Source: an uncultured Verrucomicrobiae bacterium
GTDB lineage: Bacteria > Verrucomicrobiota > Verrucomicrobiia > Chthoniobacterales > JAFAMB01
DNA length: 64,000 nt
NCBI GenBank assembly: GCA_963762565.1
Contig: CAVXLD010000003.1
Span: 800,001 to 864,000, forward strand
Direction of reading: 5' to 3'
Positions 18,211 to 27,840 of the stretch are shown one piece after another. Numbering within the stretch: the first letter of the stretch is position 1; each line of letters begins with the position of its first letter. Position numbers and translations under genes: made by a program. The notes under the pieces are model-generated. The model worked only from the letters and a program-made list of their open reading frames with translations, was not told where the DNA came from and made no database searches.

Positions 18211-18792
18211 CTACTGGTGGCCGCCCCACTTCTTGCCGCCCCACTTCTTGCCGCCCCACTTTTTCGTCTCAGCGCCTCCCCATTTACCGTGATGGGTCTC
18301 CACGCATGGAACAACTTCGGGGCGAACCAAGCGGCCGTCATCGAGAACGGCTGCGTATAGCTTTTGGTGGTCACCCCCAACTACGCCAGTCATTTCGACC
18401 AGGTAATAAGGGGTCGGTCCCTCGACGCGCTCCACATGGGTCGGATGCACCCATGCGGCGTTATAGAAACCTCCAGGAGTTTTCGAACCCAGGTTGGTTA
18501 AGGAATTTGGATAGTTGGAAACACCGGACGGCTTGTCAAACTCTAGCAGACCGCCAGCCCAACCCACCGCAGCCACTTCTGCCGACCCTGGATTAACCGT
18601 GGTCAACTTGCTGTAGGCCACGTCCGGATCGATCAGAGCACTAGGTTTCGGGGTGATTCCTCCAGGAACCTCTAGCGAATAACATTGGGTACCACTGTCG
18701 CTCCGGACCGCGAATGTTACCGCAAAGGCCTTGGAGGTGAACAGGGAAGCAGCAACCAGAATTGCGCCAAAACAGAATGTGGATGCCTTCAT
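18211..18792 (-). CDS. Secreted hypothetical protein with C-terminal KKWGG repeats
   Basis: Signal peptide MKASTFCFGAILVAASLFTSKAFA; followed by a terminator. Confidence 0.7.
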   Translation of the reverse strand: MKASTFCFGAILVAASLFTSKAFAVTFAVRSDSGTQCYSLEVPGGITPKPSALIDPDVAYSKLTTVNPGSAEVAAVGWAGGLLEFDKPSGVSNYPNSLTNLGSKTPGGFYNAAWVHPTHVERVEGPTPYYLVEMTGVVGGDHQKLYAAVLDDGRLVRPEVVPCVETHHGKWGGAETKKWGGKKWGGKKWGGHQ

Positions 18793-19033
18793 TGAGTAGA
18801 AGAGTGTATCATTGTTGATCTCAGATTGGAAGCCTGTTGAACCAATCAAATGAGCAAGTTACGAGGGAAAATTGAAGCGTTGCTGACATGTAACGCGCAT
18901 TTCGCGGTTCACGGTTCGCTGTTTTCCGTTCGCGGTCCGCGTGGAAAGACGTGAACCACGCCACGATCGGAATTGTCAATGACCGCGACGCGTTTGTGCA
19001 GATACTAAAAGCGTAGATTGCGAACAGTGAACT

Positions 19034-19366
19034 GTGCACCGTGAACTCCAAGCCGTGCGTCTAGCAATCGAAGAACTGATTCAAAAATGGCTCGCGGAAA
19101 ATCCAAATGAGCGTTTGCCCGGCGCTGGGCAGCCACTTGATTTGGATGAATACTTTCGCTGGCCTGAAGATCTGCGTTTGGCCTATTCGCTCCTCAGAAA
19201 CTCAGGACATGTACCTGAGGAAGTCGAACTTTTGCGCGAGATCGGTCGGTTAAAGCAGCGCCTGGCGGAATCAAACGACGAGTTGAGCAGAAAAGAATTG
19301 CGCACCCGTATCCAGGAACAGGAGGTAGCGCTCAACATCAAGCTCGAACGTCACCGGAAGAGGTAG
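19034..19366 (+). CDS. DUF1992 (DnaJC28-like) domain protein
   Basis: LPGAGQPLDL, PEDLRLAYSLLRNSGHVPEEVEL motif. Confidence 0.85.
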   Translation: MHRELQAVRLAIEELIQKWLAENPNERLPGAGQPLDLDEYFRWPEDLRLAYSLLRNSGHVPEEVELLREIGRLKQRLAESNDELSRKELRTRIQEQEVALNIKLERHRKR

Positions 19367-19370
19367 TGTT

Positions 19371-19718
19371 TGCGAATGGGCGAGTGGGCGAAACGGCGAA
19401 GGGGCGACACGCGTGGAGCGCTGCCTCGCTTGCGAGGCCGATCGTAAGCAAGGCGAGATCGTGAAGCGCAAACCCACCGCCTACAAGTGCCCTGTGCAAG
19501 GACAGGGAACCCGCTCTGAGTGGATAACAACCGCCGGCGAATTCAGGGATGCCTGCGTTTAGCACGACAAGGCGCAGACAGATAACAGGCGGACCGCGCG
19601 ACCACCCTTGCTACCATCGGCCTCGCAAGCGAGGCAGCGCTCCACGGATCGCTTTCCGCATCGCCCCTTCGCCCAATCGCCGTTTCGCCCATTCGTTCGC
19701 TCGCTCGCCGATTCGCCT
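19371..19718. repeat. Nested palindromic element: octamer arms [A..A']
   Basis: A 19413-19440 and its reverse complement 19618-19645 inside GGCGAA/TTCGCC arrays. Confidence 0.9.
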
Positions 19719-19765
19719 CACAGTTGCGTCTCCGGGCAAGGAATGCGATTGCGAATGCTTACGCC

Positions 19766-21229
19766 ATGATGGCTCTTTCCCAAGTCGGATCTCGTTTGCC
19801 ACTCAGAGTTCTAGTTCCAGTGATCGTCTCTTGCGCTCTCTTTATGGAGAACCTGGATGCGACGGTCCTATCGACAGCCTTACCGGCCATCGCCGGCGAT
19901 CTCCATCAGAGTCCAATTCAACTTAAGTTAGCGCTCACTTCCTACCTGCTGACACTCGGAGTGTTTATTCCGGCTTCCGGTTGGGTGGCGGACCGCTGGG
20001 GGGCACGCCTGATCTTTCGTTGGGCCATCCTTATATTCGCTCTGGGTTCAGCGCTCTGTGGTCTGGCCAATTCCATCCAATTCTTGGTAGCGGCTAGAGC
20101 GTTACAAGGCATCGGCGGAGCGATGATGGTGCCGGTCGGACGGTTGGTTATCTTGCGGAGCGTCTCCCGAGCCGACATGGTGAACGCCCTAGCTTGGCTC
20201 ACGATCCCGGCGCTGATCGGGCCAGTGCTGGGACCGCCATTAGGTGGATTTATTACTACCTTTTATACTTGGCGCTGGATCTTCTGGATCAACCTCCCCA
20301 TCGCAGGTCTGGGCTTGATCCTAGCCACACTCTTTATCCCAAATTTCCAGTCAGAAAATTCACAACGCTTTGATTTCGTTGGTTTTGTGTTGTCGGGACT
20401 TGCGCTTTCCACTTTGGTGGCCGGATCCAGTGCGGCCGACACCCCGGCTATCCCGGCCCAGTTTACCGTCGTTTTGTTCGTCGTCGGGATTACTTGCGCT
20501 GTTCTTTACTATCTACACGCGAGACGCGCCCCTAACCCGATTCTGGACCTAAAGTTGTTCCGGTTGCCGACCTTTCGAGCGGGCGTTGGCGGCGGCTCGC
20601 TTTTTCGGATCGGTATTGGCTCGATGCCGCTTTTGTTACCGTTGTTGTTTCAATTGGGATTTGGCTTCAGTCCGCTGAGTTCGGGACTCATGACCTTCGT
20701 GGCGGCAATCGGCGCGATGGGCATGAAAACCGCCGCCGGCTGGATTCTGCGAAAATTTGGGTTTCGCGTTACCTTAACCGTCAACGCCTTTATCTGCGCC
20801 CTCACCCTGCTTGCGCCTGCATTTTTTAGTCAAGCCACCCCGATCCTGCTGATGTCGTGTATTCTATTCGTCGGCGGCTTCTTCCGATCGCTACAGTTCA
20901 CCTGCATCAACGCGTTGACCTTTGCTGAAGTTGAGCAGCCTGAAATGAGCCAGGCCACGAGCCTGTCGAGTGTCGCTCAACAACTTTCTTTAAGCTTAGG
21001 AATCACGGTCGGTGCGGCGGCTTTGCAGTTAACGCTCAACGCCCACGGTCAACAACAGCTTACCATCCCGGATTTCTGGCCGGCGTTTGTTGCGGTCAGC
21101 CTGATCGCTGGCATTTCATTGTTCTCTTTCCTAAAACTCTCGAGCGACGCTGGCGAAGAGGTTGCCGGCCGGAAACGGGTGTCGTCGGTACAGGTCAATA
21201 TTAATAGCGTACGAGGGTCGAGAGGGTGA
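19766..21229 (+). CDS. DHA2-family (EmrB/QacA-like) MFS efflux transporter
   Basis: FMENLDATV, ADRWGAR, RALQGIGGAMMVPVGR, GPPLGG, WRWIFWINLP; 14-TM pattern. Confidence 0.9.
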   Translation: MMALSQVGSRLPLRVLVPVIVSCALFMENLDATVLSTALPAIAGDLHQSPIQLKLALTSYLLTLGVFIPASGWVADRWGARLIFRWAILIFALGSALCGLANSIQFLVAARALQGIGGAMMVPVGRLVILRSVSRADMVNALAWLTIPALIGPVLGPPLGGFITTFYTWRWIFWINLPIAGLGLILATLFIPNFQSENSQRFDFVGFVLSGLALSTLVAGSSAADTPAIPAQFTVVLFVVGITCAVLYYLHARRAPNPILDLKLFRLPTFRAGVGGGSLFRIGIGSMPLLLPLLFQLGFGFSPLSSGLMTFVAAIGAMGMKTAAGWILRKFGFRVTLTVNAFICALTLLAPAFFSQATPILLMSCILFVGGFFRSLQFTCINALTFAEVEQPEMSQATSLSSVAQQLSLSLGITVGAAALQLTLNAHGQQQLTIPDFWPAFVAVSLIAGISLFSFLKLSSDAGEEVAGRKRVSSVQVNINSVRGSRG

Positions 21230-21408
21230 GGGGAGATCGTGAAAGGTGATTTGTGATTGGTGATTGGTTGGCTCCCGCCTTCTCCGTCATATAAGTCCCA
21301 TTAGTCTTATAGGTCCCATTCGCGCCACCCCGCTTGATACCTCGCTGCCCAGCGCGCCCACTAATCACCAATCACAAATCACCAATCACGTCTCACAGTT
21401 TCCAGCCG

Positions 21409-22401
21409 TTACAGCTGGAAACTCCCCGCCAGCAACTCATACGACCGCACTCTCGCAGCGTGACTATGCGCTACCGTCATCACCATCAGTTCATCGGCTT
21501 GGCAGCGGCCGGCGAGCGTCATTAGGCGAGTTTTGAGTTCTGCGGGTGTACCGGCCATGAAATGAGCGCGAGCGACCTGAGCGAGGCGTTGCTCCAAATC
21601 GTTGTAGTGATAGTTCTGTGCATCTTCCGGACTTGGGAAAGGAGCGGGTTTACCGCTGCGGAGGCGGACCCAAGCCAGCTCAAGCGAGGAAGCAAGCCGG
21701 TTCGCAGCGTCCGCCGATTCGGCACAGATCGCCGACAGAGCCAGGATCACCCGAGGTCGATCCAGCCAAGCACTTGCTTTGAAAGTCTTCCGGTAGACTC
21801 GAGTCGCAAATTCGGCCAAGTCCGGGTTGATATGGTGTGCAAAAGCAAATCCGACCCCCAAGTCCGCGGCAATCTGGGCGCCGTCTTCCGTCGATCCAAG
21901 CATCCAGATCGGAGGAGAAGGGACATCCCGAGGGATTGCCTCGATCGAATCATCGGTGTCCGGAGCGCGTAAATAATGGATCAGCTCTGCGAGCTGTTCC
22001 GAGAAATCATCGACCATCAACCGCTCTCTCGAACGCCGCAACGCTAGCGCTGTGGCCTGGCTCGAACCGGGCGCTCGTCCAAGTCCAAGATCAATCCGCC
22101 CGGGATGTAACGCTTCCAGAACCCGGAATTCTTCCGCTACTCGCAAAGGAGCATGGTTCGGTAACATAATCCCACCGGCGCCGACCCGGATCCGATTGGT
22201 CACCGAGGCGACGTGGCCGATCATAATCTGCGGCGCTGTGCTGGCCACGCTCGGAATGCTGTGATGTTCAGCCAGCCAATAGCGCACGTACCCGAGCCGA
22301 TCAGCGGCCTTGGCCAGATCCAAGGTATTAATAAGCGCTTCAGAATCTTTCGACCCGGCAGCGATCGGAGAAAGATCGAGAACCGAAAGCGGGAAAACCA
22401 T
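21409..22401 (-). CDS. LLM-class flavin-dependent oxidoreductase (luciferase-like)
   Basis: LSVLDL, RYWLAEHH, IRVGAGGIMLPNH, GRIDLGLGRAPG. Confidence 0.9.
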   Translation of the reverse strand: MVFPLSVLDLSPIAAGSKDSEALINTLDLAKAADRLGYVRYWLAEHHSIPSVASTAPQIMIGHVASVTNRIRVGAGGIMLPNHAPLRVAEEFRVLEALHPGRIDLGLGRAPGSSQATALALRRSRERLMVDDFSEQLAELIHYLRAPDTDDSIEAIPRDVPSPPIWMLGSTEDGAQIAADLGVGFAFAHHINPDLAEFATRVYRKTFKASAWLDRPRVILALSAICAESADAANRLASSLELAWVRLRSGKPAPFPSPEDAQNYHYNDLEQRLAQVARAHFMAGTPAELKTRLMTLAGRCQADELMVMTVAHSHAARVRSYELLAGSFQL

Positions 22402-22690
22402 TTACTAGCCCTCCGGCAGGTGGCGGGGGACGTCAAGGGCGGGGACAGAGATGTGAAGGGTGATTGGTGATTGGTGATTGGTGATTAGTGATCGGTAGAA
22501 TGGCCAGACCTTCGGCCTCGCTGCCCATTGGGCCCTAGGCTTGGCGAAGCAGAAGCGAAGCAGCGTTCCACGGCTTCACCACTAATTACCAATCACCAAT
22601 CACTAATCACCACCTCCTAGCTCCTATCGCTTGAACTCCTGTTTCGAATTTGTCATTAGCGAACGATGCGCTTCGCTGCTAAGACACGCT

Positions 22691-22879
22691 ATGCGCAAAG
22701 TACTACGATCTGCTCAAGGCCCGCAGGAGATCCCGCCGCAAGACAAATCAGTTTGGATCTGTATGTGTGGGTTATCGAAAAATCAGCCGTTCTGCGACGG
22801 CTCTCATAAACAGACGCGGGAAGAGGCCGAGGGTAAGACGTACGAATACGACGCGGAAGGTCATCGCTCGGAGGTTTAG
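22691..22879 (+). CDS. CDGSH iron-sulfur domain protein
   Basis: C-x-C-x2-S-x3-PFCDGSH signature (CMCGLSKNQPFCDGSH). Confidence 0.9.
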   Translation: MRKVLRSAQGPQEIPPQDKSVWICMCGLSKNQPFCDGSHKQTREEAEGKTYEYDAEGHRSEV

Positions 22880-22898
22880 CCGCCGTCTATTCTAGCAA

Positions 22899-23762
22899 AT
22901 GCAGCTAACTAAACGGGGAACCAAACGGCTGGCCACGGCGCGCCAACCGATACTCAAACGCCTCGACACTTCATTGTCGGCATTGTCGGCGCTCGCTGCC
23001 CTAAGGTTGGCGGCGTTGTTGGCAGTGACGGCGTTGCCGGCGTTATTCGTGGGTTGTGCGAGTGGTCCAAGCGGCTCCCGTCTGGGTGCGCCAAAAGGAG
23101 GCTTTACCACAGTCATGATCGACCCCGGACACGGAGGTAAAGATAACGGTGGCACCAGTGGGCGCTTAACTCCGTTCCAAAGAGAAAAGGATCTCACTCT
23201 CGATACAGCGAAACGCGTTCGCGACGAATTGAAGCGCGCCGGTCTGCGCACCTTAATGACTCGGGAGGATGATCATTTTGTGGAGTTGGACAATCGGGTC
23301 GCCATGGGTAATCAACTGGGCGCTGGCGCAATCTTGGTAAGTATCCACTATAACGCGACCGGCAGCAGGGAACCGAATGGAGTGCAGACCTATTTCTGGC
23401 ACGCCAATAGTCACGGACTCGCCATGCGTATCCAGGGGGCTGTGGTCAGCAGCACTGGGGAGGCTGACAGTGGAATCATTCGTCGCCGGCTTCGGATGAC
23501 CCGGAACCCGGAAATTCCTTGTGTGCTAGTAGAATGCGCCTTTCTGACGAACCCGGCCGACAACGCAAAAGTCGCCCAGGATAGTTACCGGGAATTGATC
23601 GCGAACGGCATCGCGAATGGAATCCTGCAACAGTACCGCCTCGGAGACGAAGGCATTACTCCCGTGCCCGAAATCTGGGCGCCACTTTCAAAAGAGTCGG
23701 ATCGATACGTACCGTCGAGGAAGCATAAGAAGCGCGTGAAGCACACGAGCCATTCGGGGTAG
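22899..23762 (+). CDS. N-acetylmuramoyl-L-alanine amidase (Amidase_3), putative lipoprotein
   Basis: IDPGHGG, EKDLTL, VSIHYN, VLVECAF; FVGC lipobox-like; start uncertain. Confidence 0.9.
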   Translation: MQLTKRGTKRLATARQPILKRLDTSLSALSALAALRLAALLAVTALPALFVGCASGPSGSRLGAPKGGFTTVMIDPGHGGKDNGGTSGRLTPFQREKDLTLDTAKRVRDELKRAGLRTLMTREDDHFVELDNRVAMGNQLGAGAILVSIHYNATGSREPNGVQTYFWHANSHGLAMRIQGAVVSSTGEADSGIIRRRLRMTRNPEIPCVLVECAFLTNPADNAKVAQDSYRELIANGIANGILQQYRLGDEGITPVPEIWAPLSKESDRYVPSRKHKKRVKHTSHSG

Positions 23763-23765
23763 GGT

Positions 23766-24075
23766 TGCGAAACGGCGTGTGGGCGTATCGGCGAATGGGC
23801 GAAAGGGCGAAGGGGTAGCCACCGGTGGAGCGCTGCCTCGCTTGCGAGGCCGACTGCACAATGGTGGGGCGAGGCTCCGGATCTTCCTTAAATCGATGCC
23901 AAGGCGGCTGGCCTGCTCTAAATCTATGGCGGACGACCCCGAAAGGTCGCCGAGCCGCGGCCCAGCGTGTGCCCAGGTCTATGGCTGACCAGAATCGCAA
24001 ACTTGTAGGAGCTTCGTCCGCTGGATCACAGCGACACCGTGGACGCGGCTCGGCAGCGCATCGGCCCTAAACACA
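23766..24075. repeat. Partial nested element: octamer arm, A, B and the shared core
   Basis: A 23825-23852, B 23862-23878, then core homologous to 6073-6265. Confidence 0.85.
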
Positions 24076-24407
24076 CCCTAGCACAGGCAAAGAGGTCAAA
24101 CATCCGAATCAATATGTGTTTTGGGATGGTTTCCATCCAACCACCCGGGTGCACAAGTTAGCGGCTAAAACCTTTAAAAAAGGTGCAGCCTCTCTGGATG
24201 TAATGCAGATCGGAGCTAACCCATAGCGCCGAGAGTCGGAGTGAGAGGTGAGAAGTGATTGGTGATTAGTGGAGCGCTGCCTCGCTTGCGAGGCCGTGGT
24301 GAACGGAGCGTTATCGGCAAGTCGTGCCCCTTACTTGCCGCGCTCTATCGTTCTCAGTGAGAAAGTGTCAGCGATTCGGTGGTCGTGCGGATCGGCGTTG
24401 TCGGCGC

Positions 24408-25151
24408 TCACGGCGATACCGGCGATGTCGGCGTTGCGGGGGTTGCCGGAGTTCCCCGGGCCAATTTCTCAATCAAGACATTGACGATCAGACGGGCCGC
24501 TAGTCCGAACCCGCTTCGAGCGGTGTTGATGGTTAAATCGTAATTGGTCGGATCTTCCGTATCAGCTTCGAAATAGGTGCGAACATAGCGGCGGCGGCGT
24601 TCATCAGTTTCCCGGACTAGTCGCTCCGCTTTGTCCTGAGGGAGCTGATGATAGTCCGCGAAATTTCGGACCCGGTCGGGAAGGGGAGCAACTAAACGGA
24701 CGTGCAAGACATGAGGAAGCTGCGCCGTGATCGCGCTGGAGCCGCGCCCAACCAAAATTACATTTCCTTGCGCCGCCAGCCGGCGGATCGTGTCAACCGT
24801 ATGCTGCCGCAGCAGCCAATAAGAGGGATGTAGCCCCAGAACGGACTCCAATGCGTCCGTCAATGGGAGCTTAGCGTCTTCCGCTATATAACGTTCCATG
24901 CTGGTCGACAGCTGATGTTCTTGCAGGATGCGTAGCGCCAGATTCCGATCGAAGACCGTCCAAGCACGAGGAGGGTCACCCTGGTAATCCAGGTTCAAAT
25001 GTTCGGCAACCAGATTAGCGACCGTTAAAGCCCCTGCGCCGCTTTGCCGCGACAGGGTGATAGCTGGTTTTGGTCGTATTTCCGGTTTCTCGACGGGCGA
25101 AAACTGTGCACCCAGATAGCGCGCGAAGACGTCGGCTGACTTTCTGCTCAT
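24408..25151 (-). CDS. Cytidylate kinase-like family protein
   Basis: ITLSRQSGAG, VILVGRG, LHVRLVAP, D.RRRRY, YDLTINT. Confidence 0.85.
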   Translation of the reverse strand: MSRKSADVFARYLGAQFSPVEKPEIRPKPAITLSRQSGAGALTVANLVAEHLNLDYQGDPPRAWTVFDRNLALRILQEHQLSTSMERYIAEDAKLPLTDALESVLGLHPSYWLLRQHTVDTIRRLAAQGNVILVGRGSSAITAQLPHVLHVRLVAPLPDRVRNFADYHQLPQDKAERLVRETDERRRRYVRTYFEADTEDPTNYDLTINTARSGFGLAARLIVNVLIEKLARGTPATPATPTSPVSP

Positions 25152-25212
25152 AGCCTAGTACCTCAGATGTTTGGGGGAACGAAGTTCCGGAGAAGCGTAC
25201 ACCCATTTCGGA

Positions 25213-25627
25213 ACGCCGACAACGCCGTGATCGCCGCCAACGCCGACATTTGGTGGGGCGAGGCTCCCGCATACCGGAGGTGTCACGCAACGCTCAAGAC
25301 GACTTGTTCCTTTTGGCGTGCCGTCCCCTAACGGCTGCCGAGCCGCGTTCTGTAGTGTGCCACTGCCCAGTGCGCTTTCCCGTGCTTGGGTTAATCGTGT
25401 AAGGAACACGAAGGTGCCGAGCGCGTCCTCCTCGGTGCAATGATACGCAGCCCCGACGGCTCGGCAGCCTTCTGGCATAGCGCAGAGAAAAGGTGGAGCA
25501 CATCAAATGCGCCGTTGGCGTCTGTCGGTATTACCGGAGCCCGCCTCCGCCAAGCCTACGGCGCGGCAGGCCCTCGCCCCACCAATGCTGACCGGCGTTA
25601 CCGGCGTTACCGGCGCTGACGGCGTTG
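25213..25627. repeat. Nested palindromic element: 9-bp tandem arms [B[C..C']B' with 32-bp insert]
   Basis: ACGCCG/CGGCGT arrays; B 25251-25267; B' 25536-25584 interrupted at 25541-25572. Confidence 0.85.
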
Positions 25628-25735
25628 CACAGCGGGTCCTAAGGCACTACGTTTTCCGGACCGGCGCTCCGGTCGCGTTGCTGGGAACAAGTCGATGGAA
25701 ACGAACGCAGCTAAGGATGCCGGCAGGAACGACGT

Positions 25736-26398
25736 ATGCGGTTTCCAGACCGGTCTACAGCGGGTCAATTGTTAGCTCAAAAACTCGCCGGTTACGCTAA
25801 TAATCCGGACGTTGTGGTTTTAGCATTACCCCGGGGAGGGGTGCCGGTGGGCTTCGAGGTTGCCAAGTCCCTAAATGTTCCGCTGGATATTATCGTGGTT
25901 CGCAAACTAGGGGTGCCTGATCACGAAGAGTTAGCCATGGGAGCAATTGCAAGCGGCGATGTGCGCGTGCTGAACCATGACACCATCGATTGGTTACAGA
26001 TCCCGCAATGGATCATTGATCGAGTAACTGAATCAGAAAAAATAGAATTGGATCGCCGTGAAAAGACCTACCGAGGAAGCATTCCGCCACTCGATCTGGC
26101 GGAGAAAATTGTCATTCTGGTCGATGACGGCGTTGCAACCGGCTCCACTATGCGTGCCGCCGTGGCAGTGGTGCGTTCACGGAATCCACGACGCGTGGTG
26201 ATTGCTGTCCCTACCGCGCCGGTTTCAACCGCTGAAGAACTCAGAAATGTGGCGGATGACTTCGTTACTATAATTGCCACAGATGCCTTCGTCGGGGTAG
26301 GGCAATGGTATGAAAATTTTCGCCAGGTATCCGACGAAGTAACCCGTGAACTGTACGAACGCGCCAGATGTCGGCAGCTGCCGACCACGCAACCGTGA
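25736..26398 (+). CDS. Phosphoribosyltransferase family protein
   Basis: LALPRGGVPV, VRKLGVP..EELAMGA, VILVDDGVATGSTM PRPP motif. Confidence 0.9.
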   Translation: MRFPDRSTAGQLLAQKLAGYANNPDVVVLALPRGGVPVGFEVAKSLNVPLDIIVVRKLGVPDHEELAMGAIASGDVRVLNHDTIDWLQIPQWIIDRVTESEKIELDRREKTYRGSIPPLDLAEKIVILVDDGVATGSTMRAAVAVVRSRNPRRVVIAVPTAPVSTAEELRNVADDFVTIIATDAFVGVGQWYENFRQVSDEVTRELYERARCRQLPTTQP

Positions 26399-26614
26399 AT
26401 CCACGGACAAAGATAAATTATCCGCAGATTAACGCAGATTACGCAGATTTCGCTCTGGGCTTAGTTCACGCTGCAGACCAATGGAAACCGCTGAGCTACG
26501 CACAGGTCTCTAGCACCCTGATGTAATCGGCCTTTGAAACGTAATCTGCGTAATCTGCGTAATCTGCGGATATTATCTTCAGTTTGAACGTCAGCGAAGC
26601 CCAAGAGTCACGTC

Positions 26615-27334
26615 ATGATTCCAGAACCGTGTGTAGAACCCAGAAAAGCACTTTTGCTAGTTTATCGGCGAATTGACTTTGTGGGTAGATCTCAGGGCAG
26701 GAGTTTCAGACATTCGCTCTCGGATGTCGAAGTTGAAGATGCCATCGAATCATTTCGGCATTTTCCGGAATTAGTTACGGAACTGACTCACGGGTTGGTG
26801 GTTATCGAATGCGACATGGTGTCGGTGGAACGAAGCCTCGTCACTTTGACGGCGATCGGGCCTGATCAATACTGGCCGTCGCCAGACGACACGCGTCCGG
26901 AGCTCGACTCGTTTGCTCCGCGTGATCGTTACGATTCCGTCTTTGTTCTTTGGCCGCAGACCGACTTTTCAGCAGGACTCTCAATTCCCTCGGCTGGCTG
27001 GGGATTGGCTATTGCCGCCGGTCCTTGGTCGAATTGGGCAACCTACGCGACTGTCGCTAACGCGCGCTCAGCGACCTGGAAAGTGCCGCGGATCGGTGAA
27101 GTCTGGCTACATGAATGGTTGCACGGTGCGTGCGCCTACTTCGCAAAGCGAGGTTACCAGATGCCGGACGGCGATGCCGACGGTGGCGGCAGACACGGCT
27201 ACAAACAATTACCAGAGTCAGGTTGGAGCAACTATTATCGCGATCTCATGAGCGCCAATGTGTTGGAGAACGGCCGGCGCCTGGGAATTCCGTTGGAAGC
27301 ATGGCCAACGTGGGGAAGAGGAGCTAGGAGCTAG
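26615..27334 (+). CDS. Hypothetical protein with HExxH zinc-binding motif
   Basis: GEVWLHEWLHG; no other recognisable family motif. Confidence 0.65.
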   Translation: MIPEPCVEPRKALLLVYRRIDFVGRSQGRSFRHSLSDVEVEDAIESFRHFPELVTELTHGLVVIECDMVSVERSLVTLTAIGPDQYWPSPDDTRPELDSFAPRDRYDSVFVLWPQTDFSAGLSIPSAGWGLAIAAGPWSNWATYATVANARSATWKVPRIGEVWLHEWLHGACAYFAKRGYQMPDGDADGGGRHGYKQLPESGWSNYYRDLMSANVLENGRRLGIPLEAWPTWGRGARS

Positions 27335-27835
27335 GAGCTAGAATCTAGGAGCTAGAAGGGCGTGCTGCGGCTCGGCGACAATCGTTCTCGTCGTCGTCGT
27401 CCTCGAAAGAGTTGCGGGTCGATGCGGTGTGCGATCACCCAGCGCCTGGAGGGGAGCCGCTTTGGCGCTCATCTCGCCGCCCTAGCACATTTCGTCGCAA
27501 TGCCAATCCGGGCAAGGCGTGTGAAAACAAGCGGCTCCCGGAAACAACCCAGTGTGATGCATTTACCCGTGACTTTCGATTCGTTTAAACGCGGCCTGTA
27601 GAGCTGCGAGCCGCTGGATTATTCGCGGGAGCCGCCTGTTGCGATATTCTTTGGCCAAGGGAGCGCTGAACCAAATATCGCGGGGTCACCTATTGCGCGC
27701 CAAAGCGGCTCCCCTCCACGCGCTGGGTGATCGCACACCGCATCAACCCGCGACTCTTTCGAGGACGACGACGAGAACGAGAACGACTGTCTGCGAGCTG
27801 CAGCACGTCCTCCTACCTCCTAGCTCCTAGCTCCT
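27320..27835. repeat. Large composite inverted repeat (~140-150-bp arms)
   Basis: CTAGGAG arrays outside; 27383-27468 almost fully complementary to 27697-27779; another arm copy at 12-57. Confidence 0.9.
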
Positions 27836-27840
27836 CATCA

